From a plasmid, in the sequence record NZ_CP140368.1: a stretch of 38,066 bases of DNA. One strand, given 5' to 3'. The notes under the pieces are model-generated. The model saw only the letters and a list, made by a program, of their open reading frames with translations. It searched no databases and was not told where the DNA came from. Positions 18,121 through 28,234 of this stretch are shown here, piece after piece (position 1 is the first letter of the stretch; each line of letters begins with the position of its first letter). A program made the position numbers and the translations under genes.

Positions 18121-18558
18121 TTAAAAATTTGTTTTATTAAAAAATAAAATATTAACTTTGTTAAAATCACGCTCAATAGGATTGACAGGCTGTAATTCTA
18201 TAGGTGCTAAAACTTGATTTTTTTCAAAGTATTGCTTATATTGTTCAATTAAATCTTTTCTACCTACTAAAATGATTTTTGTAGAATTGTGTGCGAGTAA
18301 AAAAGTTTTAGTAATAAGATCATTTTTAATAAAATCATCATCTATAGTTTTTTTCTCAACCACGATATGATAAGTCCAATTAAATCCGCTCAAATAAGGA
18401 TCTTTAGGAACAAAGCTATATTTTTTCTCCAAAATAGAATTATTGATACTCAATGCAGAATTATCATCCAATTCTTTTGGTTTTGGGGCTGTAGAGCAAC
18501 CCACCATTATAAAAACTAAAGCCATTATGACTAAATTGTCAAGCGATTTTTTTATCAT
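18121..18558 (-). CDS. Lipoprotein immediately downstream of virD4 (entry-exclusion candidate)
   Basis: Lipobox IMVGC|S after a hydrophobic signal. Overlaps the virD4 3' end by 20 nt. The position corresponds to eex in pKM101-type loci (inference). Confidence 0.5.
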   Translation of the reverse strand: MIKKSLDNLVIMALVFIMVGCSTAPKPKELDDNSALSINNSILEKKYSFVPKDPYLSGFNWTYHIVVEKKTIDDDFIKNDLITKTFLLAHNSTKIILVGRKDLIEQYKQYFEKNQVLAPIELQPVNPIERDFNKVNILFFNKTNF

Positions 18559-20350
18559 TGTTTTCTCCTATAATTTGAATTTTTACTTTACATTCTCCCT
18601 TTAAGATCGCATCTTCTAATTGTTTGCGTGAAGGGATTTTTCTTATTGTTGATAAACTTTTCGAAACAGCTTTAAATTTATCCATAAAATAAGAATCTGA
18701 ATAATAAAATGCTTTATTGCATAAAATAGGTTTTCCACTATCAATAGTAATTAGTTCATTTTCAAAAGGCATTTCTCTAAGTTCTTGTGGCAACATTAAA
18801 GCCCTACTTGCTTCGCTAATACTATGTGATCCACCTCCATTATTGCCTGTATTAATACTTCTTGATTTTGTTTTAAAAGTAGTATTTCCTAAAATCCTAG
18901 AGATAGCTTCTGCGTCTTCTTGCTCTCTTGGTGCATAGAAAATCTGACAAGCATGATTTGTTAAGAGTGTTTTAGCTCCTTCTTTTCCATAGCCCAAAGG
19001 TGGTTGTGTTTCAAGTTGTGAATTTGATTGATAAATCATCAAAGATCTTAACCAATAACCAGCCATAAAACTGATTGCTGATTGATAGATAGGAATTCTA
19101 CCAGGTGCAGTAAATTCATCCATAACCATTAAACAAGTATATTTTAAATCTTTATTGCTTTGTGGCAATTCTTTGGTGTTTAATAAAATAAGTTGCGACC
19201 AAAAAATATTTAAAATAAATTGTGCATTTGCTAATTGATCAGGCGTAATTCCTATATAAATTGTCATTTTCTTTTTACGCAAATCTCGCAAATCAAAATC
19301 GCTTGTTTCTGTGCTTAATCTTAATGTTTCACTTTCAAATGGCACAAGCGGAGCATTAAAAGAGCTCATTACACCTGATTTAGTAGCATCTGAGTTAATA
19401 TTAAAATAAGTTTCTAAACGCCTTATGGTTGCTTCATCTAAAACTTCACAATAAGATAAGAAATTGTATGTATCATCAAATCCTTTTAAAGTTTTTCCTT
19501 CATTTTTAAGTGAGAAACCTTTTGAGAGTTGCAAAATATTGTAAAAGTTAAATTCTCCTACATTAATATCAAACGCACTTTGAAATTCTTTTCCATAATC
19601 GGTTAATTGTAAATCACGCCATAAATAACAAAGCCCAATAAATAAGTTTTGTGCTAAGCCATTGAAAAATTTTGAGGTAGAATCCCCATCTTGTGGGTAG
19701 AGTATGTTACCTAAATCCATTAATTGACTATCGCAATGCTCTTTATCACTCATATCAATATAAGTTAAAGGATTATAGCGATGTGTCTGTCTTGAAAATG
19801 GATTGAATAAATAAACTTCTTGTCCTAAAATCTCTTTTCTATATTTGCTTGTGTAGTCAAAACATTCTTGTTTAATATCTTGAACAACAGCACTTTCTCG
19901 CCACTCTAACAAGTTTGGTATTACTATACCTACGCCTTTACCACTTCTTGTGGGTGCTCCTAAGGCTACAAATTGCTGACCGCTAAATCTTAAAATCTTT
20001 CCCTTGTATTTTCCGATAATTATTCCATTATCTGAAAATAAATTCATTTTTTTAATTTCATTAAAATTTGCAAATCTAGCTTCGCCAAATTGAGATTTTT
20101 TGGCTTTTAAAGATAACACCAAAACAGAAAAAACAACAAAACAAATGCCAAAAGTAATACCTAAAGAAAGCCATATTTTTGGATAACCATTAGAGATTGC
20201 TTGTAGCGTAAAATTTATGTTATAAATTTCAATCGCTTTCATTATTTTTACTTTATTTAAAAAGAAAAAAACAATGGGCGTTATTAAGTAAGTGAGAATA
20301 AAACTCGCTATAGCAAGAAAAATCATTTGAATGCTTTTATTATTTTGCAT
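18539..20350 (-). CDS. virD4: Type IV coupling protein VirD4/TraG
   Basis: Two N-terminal TM helices. Walker A ALGAPTRSGKGVGIV. 603 aa. Followed by virB11 upstream. Confidence 0.9.
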   Translation of the reverse strand: MQNNKSIQMIFLAIASFILTYLITPIVFFFLNKVKIMKAIEIYNINFTLQAISNGYPKIWLSLGITFGICFVVFSVLVLSLKAKKSQFGEARFANFNEIKKMNLFSDNGIIIGKYKGKILRFSGQQFVALGAPTRSGKGVGIVIPNLLEWRESAVVQDIKQECFDYTSKYRKEILGQEVYLFNPFSRQTHRYNPLTYIDMSDKEHCDSQLMDLGNILYPQDGDSTSKFFNGLAQNLFIGLCYLWRDLQLTDYGKEFQSAFDINVGEFNFYNILQLSKGFSLKNEGKTLKGFDDTYNFLSYCEVLDEATIRRLETYFNINSDATKSGVMSSFNAPLVPFESETLRLSTETSDFDLRDLRKKKMTIYIGITPDQLANAQFILNIFWSQLILLNTKELPQSNKDLKYTCLMVMDEFTAPGRIPIYQSAISFMAGYWLRSLMIYQSNSQLETQPPLGYGKEGAKTLLTNHACQIFYAPREQEDAEAISRILGNTTFKTKSRSINTGNNGGGSHSISEASRALMLPQELREMPFENELITIDSGKPILCNKAFYYSDSYFMDKFKAVSKSLSTIRKIPSRKQLEDAILKGECKVKIQIIGENNDKKIA

Positions 20351-21343
20351 TTATCTCTCCATTTCTTTAAAATAAATGCCGCTAATACGCCTTTTTCCAT
20401 GATGGGCATGGATATGCACGACAATATCTATTAAGTCTTTAAGTGTTTTTTGGATAATTTCAAAAGGCACGCATTGACCTTGTGGATTTTGTAGAGTCAT
20501 TAAAGCAAGTCGTGTAAATGTTTCTTCGGGGCTTCCTGCATGGCAACTTGTGATACTTCCACCATGACCACTAGCTAAAACATTAATAAAATCATAAGTT
20601 TCAGCACCTCTAAGCTCTGCTAGTAAAATCCTATCAGGCTTCATTCTTAAACAAGATTTTAAAAGTGTTGCAGAATTTAAAAAATCTGTACTTTTTGCTT
20701 CGCTAGGATAGAATAATTGCACGAAATTTTTGTGTTCATAGAATTTGATTTCTTCAACATCTTCTATTGTGATAATCCTATCATCAAGGCTTATAAAATC
20801 AATAAGAGTTTTCATAAAGGTAGTTTTACCGCTTCCTGTTTCACCAGCGATAATAATATTTTTACCATAGCTAACAGCTTTGGATATAAAATTTTGATAA
20901 TCTCTTGCTTCATATAGCTTGATTAATTCTTCATCGCTTGGTTTGATTTTATTCTTATCATCAGGATTTAAATCTTCAAAAAGTCCGCTTTTAATATGAT
21001 CTTCCATTTTAAAGCGAGTTTTGCTTGGCTTTCTAATAGTAATTGAAATGTGTTCGCTTTTTGTAGCAGGAGGAATAACAATTTGCATACGCTCTCCACC
21101 TACTAGAATACAACTAAGAATAGGGCGTGATACATCTATTTTATCTTTTTTGAATGAGGCTGAAGCAGTTGCAAAATGTCCAGCTTGTTCAAAATCAAGT
21201 TTAGTATCTATACATTCCCATAATCCTTTAGAGTTTTGTACCCAAATTTTATTATCGCCGTTATAGCAGATTTCATTGATATTATCATCTTTTAAAAATT
21301 CTCCAAAAAATTTTTGAGTATATTTATCTAGCGTTATTGACAT
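20351..21343 (-). CDS. virB11: VirB11 traffic ATPase
   Basis: Walker A IIIAGETGSGKTTF. The real start is probably the internal ATG at 21343 (MSITLDKYTQ...) with the RBS AAGGAA. The first 35 codons of the tracked ORF (MILNLHFIK...) look like a spurious extension overlapping virB10. Confidence 0.9.
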   Translation of the reverse strand: MSITLDKYTQKFFGEFLKDDNINEICYNGDNKIWVQNSKGLWECIDTKLDFEQAGHFATASASFKKDKIDVSRPILSCILVGGERMQIVIPPATKSEHISITIRKPSKTRFKMEDHIKSGLFEDLNPDDKNKIKPSDEELIKLYEARDYQNFISKAVSYGKNIIIAGETGSGKTTFMKTLIDFISLDDRIITIEDVEEIKFYEHKNFVQLFYPSEAKSTDFLNSATLLKSCLRMKPDRILLAELRGAETYDFINVLASGHGGSITSCHAGSPEETFTRLALMTLQNPQGQCVPFEIIQKTLKDLIDIVVHIHAHHGKRRISGIYFKEMER

Positions 21344-22517
21344 TCTTTTTCCTTGTAAGTTTATAAACTTTTGAAAAATCAATATCACGATTAACATAAA
21401 CACCGACCAAATCACCTTGATTTTTATAAAGTGTAGGTTTAATATCAATCATTTTTTCTAGTGCTGTATTTGCGATTTCTTTTGCAGAATCTCTTGTATT
21501 TTCAGTGTAATTGGCATAATTATTTTTATTATCTTTACCTGCAATTTGATCCGCTAAGATAGCCAGTGAATCATCTATCATTGATAGTAAAACAGCAGAG
21601 CCAAATCGTTTTAAGTAATGATGATCTACCCAACCTTGAACGCCACTTGCACCTAATTCATCGGTAGCACCTGAATAAACAGGGATAATGATATTGTTCG
21701 GTGTTCTAATTTCTTGCCAAATTACAAATAATCTATCCATTCCATCATCCATTTGTCCAGTATTAAAAGTTCCTGTAATGGTGCTACCTTTTTCAATTAA
21801 AAGAGTATTTCCATTAGCAGAATAGACATCATTTGATACAATACAAGCGATTCCACCTTTAATAGAACTTACCAATCTTGTTTTTAAAGCACAGCCTATG
21901 TAAGTTCCTTTAGGCAATAGTAAATTTTGATCAAATTCGCTAACTTTAGCGATTGTGGGAGTGAAGACCTCTCCAACAAAATCTCCACTACCACCTTGTA
22001 AATTATTAGAGTTTTGTAAAGTACCATTTTGTCCAAACTCAAACACTGTGTTAGGTTTTTCTCCAAATTCTTCCCTGTTTCCTGTGCCATTATTTCCAAA
22101 TCCATCATTATTAGATGAAGCGACAACAGTAACTCCTGCACCTTTAACAATTCTAGGCTTTGGAGGTTTGGGTTCAAGTATTAAATCTTGTGTCGGTTTT
22201 GGTGATTCTTGTGCAATTAGTTCATCAAATGTTTTTTGTGGAGGAGGTGGAATAAATTCCTTTGTTTTAACACTTTGTGCCAAATCTTTATTATCTTCTT
22301 TTTGTACTTCTTCGGTAGTTGTATTGCTACTTAAAAATGATTTTAAAAAATAAACTAATATTAAAACTAATAATAACCCACCCACAGCAAAAATTACATA
22401 AGCTTGTATCTTTCTAAGATGATTTTTTTGATCGTGTAAATCACTTGTATGATTTTCAAAATCATTGTCTAAATTATCTTGTTCTTTATCTTGCATACTT
22501 ATTCCTTTTAGTTTCAT
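21324..22517 (-). CDS. virB10: VirB10
   Basis: Cytoplasmic N-terminus, one TM helix (VIFAVGGLLLVLILVYFL), a Pro-rich linker (PPPPQKT...PKPPKPR) and a C-terminal beta-barrel region ending GVYVNRDIDF. Confidence 0.85.
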   Translation of the reverse strand: MKLKGISMQDKEQDNLDNDFENHTSDLHDQKNHLRKIQAYVIFAVGGLLLVLILVYFLKSFLSSNTTTEEVQKEDNKDLAQSVKTKEFIPPPPQKTFDELIAQESPKPTQDLILEPKPPKPRIVKGAGVTVVASSNNDGFGNNGTGNREEFGEKPNTVFEFGQNGTLQNSNNLQGGSGDFVGEVFTPTIAKVSEFDQNLLLPKGTYIGCALKTRLVSSIKGGIACIVSNDVYSANGNTLLIEKGSTITGTFNTGQMDDGMDRLFVIWQEIRTPNNIIIPVYSGATDELGASGVQGWVDHHYLKRFGSAVLLSMIDDSLAILADQIAGKDNKNNYANYTENTRDSAKEIANTALEKMIDIKPTLYKNQGDLVGVYVNRDIDFSKVYKLTRKKNVNNAR

Positions 22518-22522
22518 TCGTT

Positions 22523-23410
22523 TTATTTTTTATTTATCTCTCTTTGAATATTTTCATTGGAGGTTTCTCTTGTTTTATCTAAAGGATTTTTTGCATAGCC
22601 ACGATTAAAAATACCAACGACTTTATCGCCACTTCTTAACAAGATTTGTTTAGTAATTTTTTGAATTACTAAAACTTCATAATTGCCATCTTTTTTAATA
22701 TGAGTATTTAAAATACTTTCTTTACCATTATCATACATGAAAACAGCAGGAAAAGTTTTAGTATTATCAAAACCAAGATATGTAAAAACACCATCATCAT
22801 AAGCAAAATTTGGACTTATGTCTTCGCTACCTTTGTTAATTTTCATATAAAAATCCCAATTTCTAGGAATGGTATTTTTATTTAAATCTCTGCGTATATT
22901 TTCTTGTTCTTGTGCTTCTAAAAATTCTTTAGCGGCTTTTAAATCTTTTTTAGGGTAAGAAAAACTGAGTTTATAGGTAGCGTTATTATTTTGGTTTACA
23001 AGTTTTAAATCGAATACATAAGTATTTAGATTTGTAATAACAATTAGGTTAGTTTTCCAATCATGAGGATTTGGATCTAAAACGAATTCTTGTGATGCTT
23101 GACTCTCTCCTATATTATTGTTTTCTTGTTGAACAAGTTGTGTTTTATAAGCTTTAGGTTTTATAAATAAAAGATTGTCTTTTTCAATTAAATCCCAACC
23201 TTCTGCAAAACCTGTAGCAGTATTGATAATTCTTTCATCGGTACCAAATTCTAAAACGCTAACATAGCCATTTTTTGCATTAATTTGAAATACATCGTTT
23301 GCATTATAAATTGCATAAGCAATTCTTTTATCAAATGTAGAAGTTTTTGGAATATTTAAAGCCCAAATAAAACTACACAACAATAAATTTATCAAGATTA
23401 TTTTTTTCAT
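22523..23410 (-). CDS. virB9: VirB9-like outer-membrane core component
   Basis: Signal peptide MKKIILINLLLCSFIWALN. Size and position between virB8 and virB10. Beta-rich. Confidence 0.7.
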   Translation of the reverse strand: MKKIILINLLLCSFIWALNIPKTSTFDKRIAYAIYNANDVFQINAKNGYVSVLEFGTDERIINTATGFAEGWDLIEKDNLLFIKPKAYKTQLVQQENNNIGESQASQEFVLDPNPHDWKTNLIVITNLNTYVFDLKLVNQNNNATYKLSFSYPKKDLKAAKEFLEAQEQENIRRDLNKNTIPRNWDFYMKINKGSEDISPNFAYDDGVFTYLGFDNTKTFPAVFMYDNGKESILNTHIKKDGNYEVLVIQKITKQILLRSGDKVVGIFNRGYAKNPLDKTRETSNENIQREINKK

Positions 23411-24069
23411 TGTGCCACCTCGTCATCAATTCTATAAGTTAATACTTTAAAACCTAAAGGATTTAAAAATCTGTTTTCTTCGCTAGCTTTTGCTAAGATA
23501 TAGTCATAACTTAATGTTATTACTTTTGTTGCTTGAGTTGTTCCTTTGGAAGTTAAATTTTTTGTAGTAATAATTGCCCTGACTGTAGCAGTTTTCACTC
23601 CGTTACTTTCTCCTAAAACAATACTTAAAATTTGAACACTTACTTCATTGGAGTTTTTTAGAATTTGATCTCTTGCATTATCACCTTCATATAAAGCCCT
23701 ATATTCATTTGCTACTTTTTCAGAACTCATTAATTGAGTAAGTAAATAATCTTGATTTAAAAGATCATAATAATAGCCTTCTCTAGCTTTTACATAAGTG
23801 CTAATAAAATATTTATCTAATGCTTCATTTGCTTTAATTTCTTTTTCATCAAGCATGGTTAAAATATCAACCATTCCTGTAGTATTGTCTACTCTTATTA
23901 CATAAGGTTCTATTGTTTTTAAAGGAGTAAGTAAAACAACAGCTATAATGGAAATAATGGCTATAAAAATAGAAATAAAAGCAATAAGCCAAGCTCTTTT
24001 ATTACTTTTTTCAATTAAGTATCTAAAACTTGCTTCATAATCTATTGCAGTATTAAACTCATTTTTCAT
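23407..24069 (-). CDS. virB8: VirB8
   Basis: Short cytoplasmic N-terminus, a single TM helix (WLIAFISIFIAIISIIAVVLL) and a roughly 150-aa periplasmic domain. Overlaps virB9 by 4 nt. Confidence 0.75.
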   Translation of the reverse strand: MKNEFNTAIDYEASFRYLIEKSNKRAWLIAFISIFIAIISIIAVVLLTPLKTIEPYVIRVDNTTGMVDILTMLDEKEIKANEALDKYFISTYVKAREGYYYDLLNQDYLLTQLMSSEKVANEYRALYEGDNARDQILKNSNEVSVQILSIVLGESNGVKTATVRAIITTKNLTSKGTTQATKVITLSYDYILAKASEENRFLNPLGFKVLTYRIDDEVAQ

Positions 24070-24226
24070 CCATAGTTCCTTTATTTAAATCTTTGTTTTG
24101 AGTATTAACAGGAATCCATCCTGTTTGATTGTTAAAAAATTCATCATATTTACCCTGATTTTTAGTGCTACAAGCACTAAAAAATAAAACACCAAGTAAT
24201 AAAATAAAAATTAATTTAGCCTGCAT
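24059..24226 (-). CDS. virB7: VirB7-like small lipoprotein
   Basis: The internal start at 24226 gives MQAKLIFILLLGVLFFSAC|S, i.e. a lipobox, for a 55-aa product. Sits between virB6 and virB8. Confidence 0.5.
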   Translation of the reverse strand: MQAKLIFILLLGVLFFSACSTKNQGKYDEFFNNQTGWIPVNTQNKDLNKGTMDEK

Positions 24227-25214
24227 TTCTAGCCCTTTCATACATTTTTTTAGCAAAACTATAACCGCCTTTAGCACTAGCCAAAGTACCTTTGGCTGCT
24301 AATTTTCCACCAGCTTTTGCTGTATTTACAGTTTTTCCTGCGACTTTGCCTCCAGCCCAACCTGCTAATCTACCAACAGGGTTTAAAACAGAACCTATTA
24401 CTCCGCCCATAGCTCCTTCCATTGAAACATTTGCAACTTTTTCGGCATAAAGTTTTGCAGAAATAATCATAATGACAAGAACTAAAGCGGCAATGACAAA
24501 GAAAATACTTGTGCCTAATACTTCGTCTCCTGCTTGAGTTACTTTTGCAAAATACTTAATCCAAGTTGATATTTGCTCCATAAAAACACCCAAAAATAAG
24601 CCTACAAGCAAAATGACTAAAGTATTTGAAAGTAAAAGTCCTATCCACTGTGTAAAAACATTTTTAGTGGCTTTAAAAACTAAAAGCCAAAATACTATAG
24701 GGGCGGTGATTACAAGCAGTGTTTGTGTGAAGGTAGTAACAACAAAGATTGTAAGTGCAGGAACTACAGCAATTGCAAATCCTACATAACAAAGTAGCAT
24801 TGCTACAATAGCTAAAATAGCACCTCCAACACCACTTGATTTAGCCCAAATTATGTTTGTAAGTTGTGCTGTGTTTGCATACATTTCATCTAGTGTTTTA
24901 TACATTTGCGTTCCGCCTCCTGCCCACTCGTATAATCCATCCATTGTTGAAATTGTTAAATCTAGCCAACCCCCTAAATTTAAGGCAAAAGTAATGGCAA
25001 CAAGCTTTCCAACTATATCCCAAGTTAATTCTCTAATAGGGCTTTGACTTCTACCCATTAAGACTTCGTAGCCTTTATACATAATGACTAAAGTGATAAT
25101 AATAGAAAGCAATACGCTAAGTTCTGCAACCTTATCATTTGTGCCTACTTGTCTTATAGCATCAACAATTTGTTGTATGCTTTTACCTAGAGTTTGAAAA
25201 AGATCTAAATTCAT
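24216..25214 (-). CDS. virB6: VirB6/TrbL-like polytopic inner-membrane protein
   Basis: At least six hydrophobic segments and a Gly/Ala/Lys-rich C-terminal tail (AKAGGKLAAKGTLASAKGG). Sits between virB5 and virB7. Confidence 0.8.
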   Translation of the reverse strand: MNLDLFQTLGKSIQQIVDAIRQVGTNDKVAELSVLLSIIITLVIMYKGYEVLMGRSQSPIRELTWDIVGKLVAITFALNLGGWLDLTISTMDGLYEWAGGGTQMYKTLDEMYANTAQLTNIIWAKSSGVGGAILAIVAMLLCYVGFAIAVVPALTIFVVTTFTQTLLVITAPIVFWLLVFKATKNVFTQWIGLLLSNTLVILLVGLFLGVFMEQISTWIKYFAKVTQAGDEVLGTSIFFVIAALVLVIMIISAKLYAEKVANVSMEGAMGGVIGSVLNPVGRLAGWAGGKVAGKTVNTAKAGGKLAAKGTLASAKGGYSFAKKMYERARNAG

Positions 25215-25980
25215 TTGTTGTTCTTAAAAAATTCCATAGCACTTTCTCGTGGCTTTTGTAACGACTTAGAATATTCTTGCATAGCCATATCTTCTTTAAT
25301 TTTTCTTTGGTTTTCATAACTTGCATTGGCTAAATCAACTTGATTTTTAACCATTTGAATTTTTGCCACTTCCAACTGAATAGCATTGCCAACATCTGTG
25401 CTTTCTTTAATATCTTTGGAATTTACTAATTTATCTTGCAATTTTTGGAGTGTTTGACTAATCGTATCCATTTGTTTTGAAGCTTGATTATAGGTTTCTA
25501 CTTGAGCAGCATAAGTGATTAAATTCATTTTGCAAATGTTTTTTTCTGATTGACTTAAAAAATCAAAATTACATCGATCAAAGCTCGTATATTTTCCAAA
25601 AATTTCATTACCTTTATCACTTAAAAATTTTTGTGGATCTCTTAATACATCATTGTAAAATGATTGAATATTTTGCCCAACTTCAGCAAAATCTGAATAT
25701 ATTTGTTTAATATCTTTTAGAAAAGTTACTGAATCTCTAATGCCTGTTTTTGATAAAAGTTCATCTTTGTAAGCTTGAATTTGTTTTTGATAGTGTGCTA
25801 CTGTTTCAGTCCATCTTGAAGCATCTTTAGCCCATTCTGCCACTTGTTTAGCGTTTTGTGTAGCCATTTGCTGATTTGCTGTTACATCAACTACAGGAAT
25901 ACCAGCACTAAATGCTAAGTTAGGGCTTATAACTGCTAAGTAAATTATAAAAAAATCTATAAAATTATATAAATATTTTA
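25211..25980 (-). pseudogene. virB5: VirB5-like minor pilin body plus signal peptide. It lacks a start codon because an IS607-family element has inserted into its 5' end
   Basis: The tracked ORF starts at MATQNAKQ (25867). The frame stays open upstream to 26002, encoding ...IKYLYNFIDFFIIYLAVISPNLAFSA|GIPVV, a signal peptide with an AFS-A cleavage site. There is no ATG/GTG/TTG in that stretch. The matching ATG AAA AAA lies at 28244-28236 on the far side of the IS. Confidence 0.55.
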
Positions 25981-26025
25981 TAGATTTTACTTGACTTATT
26001 TTTTAAAATTTGCTAAAATAGTCCT

Positions 26026-26664
26026 ATGAATAAATTATTATCAATCGGTCAAGCTAGTAAAGCTCTTGGTGTTACTATCCAAACTCTTAGAAATTGGGAT
26101 AAAAAAGGCTTATTAAAACCTGATGATATGACTAAGGGTGGAGAGCGTAGGTATAAGCTAGAAACATTAAAAGCTATAAATAAAAACCTAGTTTTTAATA
26201 AAGATAGCTTAAAAACTATTGCTTATGCTCGTGTTTCTAGCCACGACCAAAAAGATGATTTAATAAGGCAAGTTCAAGTCTTAGAGCTATATTGTTCTAA
26301 ACAAGGCTTTAATTATGAAGTTATACAAGATTTAGGCTCTGGTATGAATTATTATAAAAAAGGCTTAACTAAATTGCTAAATCAAATTCTAGATGGCAAA
26401 GTAAAAAGATTAGTTTTAACTCACAAAGACAGACTTTTACGCTTTGGTGCTGAGCTAGTATTTGCTATATGTGAAGCCAAAGAAGTAGAAGTAATAATAA
26501 TAAATAAAGGCGAAGAAAGCGTAAAATTTGAAGAAGAATTAGCCAAAGATGTGTTGGAAATAATCACAGTATTTTCAGCTAGACTTTATGGCTCACGCTC
26601 AAAGAAAAATAAAAAACTTTTAGATGAAATGCAAGAAGTGGTGGTAGAAAATGTCAGCAAATAA
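26026..26664 (+). CDS. tnpA: IS607-type transposase TnpA (serine recombinase with an N-terminal MerR-like HTH)
   Basis: N-terminal LSIGQASKALGVTIQTLRNWDKKGLL (MerR-like HTH), then the catalytic IAYARVSSHDQKDD serine-recombinase motif. 212 aa. Confidence 0.85.
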   Translation: MNKLLSIGQASKALGVTIQTLRNWDKKGLLKPDDMTKGGERRYKLETLKAINKNLVFNKDSLKTIAYARVSSHDQKDDLIRQVQVLELYCSKQGFNYEVIQDLGSGMNYYKKGLTKLLNQILDGKVKRLVLTHKDRLLRFGAELVFAICEAKEVEVIIINKGEESVKFEEELAKDVLEIITVFSARLYGSRSKKNKKLLDEMQEVVVENVSK

Positions 26665-27943
26665 TAATGAGCTTATTAGCATTTCTCATAAGATAGAGTT
26701 AAAGCCAAATAATAAAGCTAAAACTCATTTTAAAAAAGCCTTTGGTTGTGCTAGACTTGCTTATAATTGGGGACTTGCTAAATGGCAAGAATACTATAAG
26801 CAAGGCATTAAAAAATCTCATTTAGAGCTTAAAAAAGAGTTTAATGTTATAAAAAAAGAACAATTTCCTTTCGTTTATGAAGTAAGTAAATATGCTACGC
26901 AACAGCCTTTTTTAAATCTAAATCTAGCATTTCAAAAATTTTTTAGAGATTTAAAACAAGGTAAAGTAAGCTATCCAAAATTTAAGAAAAAGAAAGATAA
27001 TTTCGGCTCTTATTACATAGGTGGAGACCAAGCAATAATCAAAGATGAAAAATATCTAAAAGTGCCAAATTTAGGACTTGTAAAAATGAAAGAGAAATTG
27101 AGATTTAATGGTAAAATCAATTCTTTTACTATTTCTCAAAGTGCTGATAAATTCTTTGTTTCTTTTAGTATGCAAATTAGTAAAGATGAGTATCTAAAAA
27201 CTCATAATAAAGCTAAAAATAATAATCTAGCACTTAGCATAGATGTAGGCTTAAAATCGTTTTTAAGTTTATCTAATGGCTTAGAGATAAAAGCACCTAA
27301 ACCATTAGCTAAGTTTAATCGTTTAATGATAAAAAGAGCTAGACAGCTAAGCAAAAAGCAACACGCAAAAACCAAGCAAGAAGCATTACAAGGCATTAAA
27401 AAATCTAGCAATTATCTAAAAGCAAGTATTAAGCTAAATAAATTGCATCGTAAAATAGCAAATATAAGAAGTGATTTTTTACACAAGCTTACTTCTAGCT
27501 TGGTAGCAAATGCTAAATATTTTTGCTTAGAGGATTTAAATGTAAAAGGGATGATGAGTAATCATAGACTTGCTAAATCTATAAGCGATGTAAGTTTTTA
27601 TGAGTTTAAAAGGCAACTAGAATATAAATCTAGCTACAACGATAAAGAAATCTATCAAGTAGATAGATTTTATCCTAGTTCTAAATTATGCTCTAATTGT
27701 GGAACTATAAAAGAAAATTTAGCTCTAAAAGATAGAGTTTATATTTGCGATGAATGTGGAATTAGCATTGATAGAGACTACAATGCTAGTCTTAATTTGC
27801 TTTCACAATTAAAGCAAAAAATAGGCAAAGTTCTTGCCGAATTTACGCCTGCGGACTTGACAGCTCTGTTAAATGATTTAGCAATAAATCAAATAGCAAC
27901 TAGCAAGGTTGAAACAGGAATACAACAAAAATCCTATTTATAG
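26651..27943 (+). CDS. tnpB: TnpB (OrfB) RNA-guided nuclease-family protein
   Basis: 430 aa. Overlaps tnpA by 14 nt. The C-terminal zinc finger CSNCG...CDECG and RuvC-like segments are typical of IS605/IS607 OrfB. Confidence 0.9.
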   Translation: MSANNNELISISHKIELKPNNKAKTHFKKAFGCARLAYNWGLAKWQEYYKQGIKKSHLELKKEFNVIKKEQFPFVYEVSKYATQQPFLNLNLAFQKFFRDLKQGKVSYPKFKKKKDNFGSYYIGGDQAIIKDEKYLKVPNLGLVKMKEKLRFNGKINSFTISQSADKFFVSFSMQISKDEYLKTHNKAKNNNLALSIDVGLKSFLSLSNGLEIKAPKPLAKFNRLMIKRARQLSKKQHAKTKQEALQGIKKSSNYLKASIKLNKLHRKIANIRSDFLHKLTSSLVANAKYFCLEDLNVKGMMSNHRLAKSISDVSFYEFKRQLEYKSSYNDKEIYQVDRFYPSSKLCSNCGTIKENLALKDRVYICDECGISIDRDYNASLNLLSQLKQKIGKVLAEFTPADLTALLNDLAINQIATSKVETGIQQKSYL

Positions 27944-28234
27944 AGTTTTATATCTTTTTATAGGATTTTATAGGTTTGTAGGAACGCAAAACTAATAAGG
28001 AAGTAAGAATAAGAATAGATTTTTTAAATTTTTGGATATAATTTTGTGGGGTTAGCCATAGGGCTGCAACCCTGTGGCTAAATTTAACCTCAGAAAAGAG
28101 GTGGTTAAATTGAGTTACACAAATCTCATAGTTATAATTATACTCCTTTGTATAATTATAGTCAAGGCTTATTAGTCTTGCCCCATTTTCATGGGGATGA
28201 GATTTCCCTATGGCTTTATTAACACCAAAGATAT
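27944..28234 (+). ncRNA. Candidate TnpB omega-RNA / right-end element RNA (structured 3' region of the IS)
   Basis: Downstream of tnpB there are stable hairpins: uuagccauaggg-cugcaa-cccuguggcuaa (12-bp stem), aauuuaacc-ucagaaaagagg-ugguuaaauu (9-bp stem), ccccauuuucaugggg and gggaugagauuuccc. These are GC-rich islands in AT-rich DNA. Extent not determined. Confidence 0.4.

Larger units (their letters stand above)
25981..28234 (+). mobile_element. IS607-family insertion sequence (tnpA serine recombinase plus tnpB); boundaries about +/-10 bp
   Basis: The two-gene tnpA/tnpB arrangement with overlapping genes and its own -35/-10 (TTGACT-17-TAAAAT at 25991-26019). The boundaries are inferred from rejoining the virB5 reading frame (host ...taaatatttta|IS|ttttttt cat...). 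No long terminal inverted repeats, as expected for IS607-type elements. Confidence 0.65.

Noticed and set aside
20351..21448. The 365-aa version of virB11 starting MILNLHFIKIKVIW...
   Set aside because: The first 35 codons overlap virB10 and are hydrophobic junk. An internal ATG at 21343 has a good RBS and gives the canonical VirB11 N-terminus.
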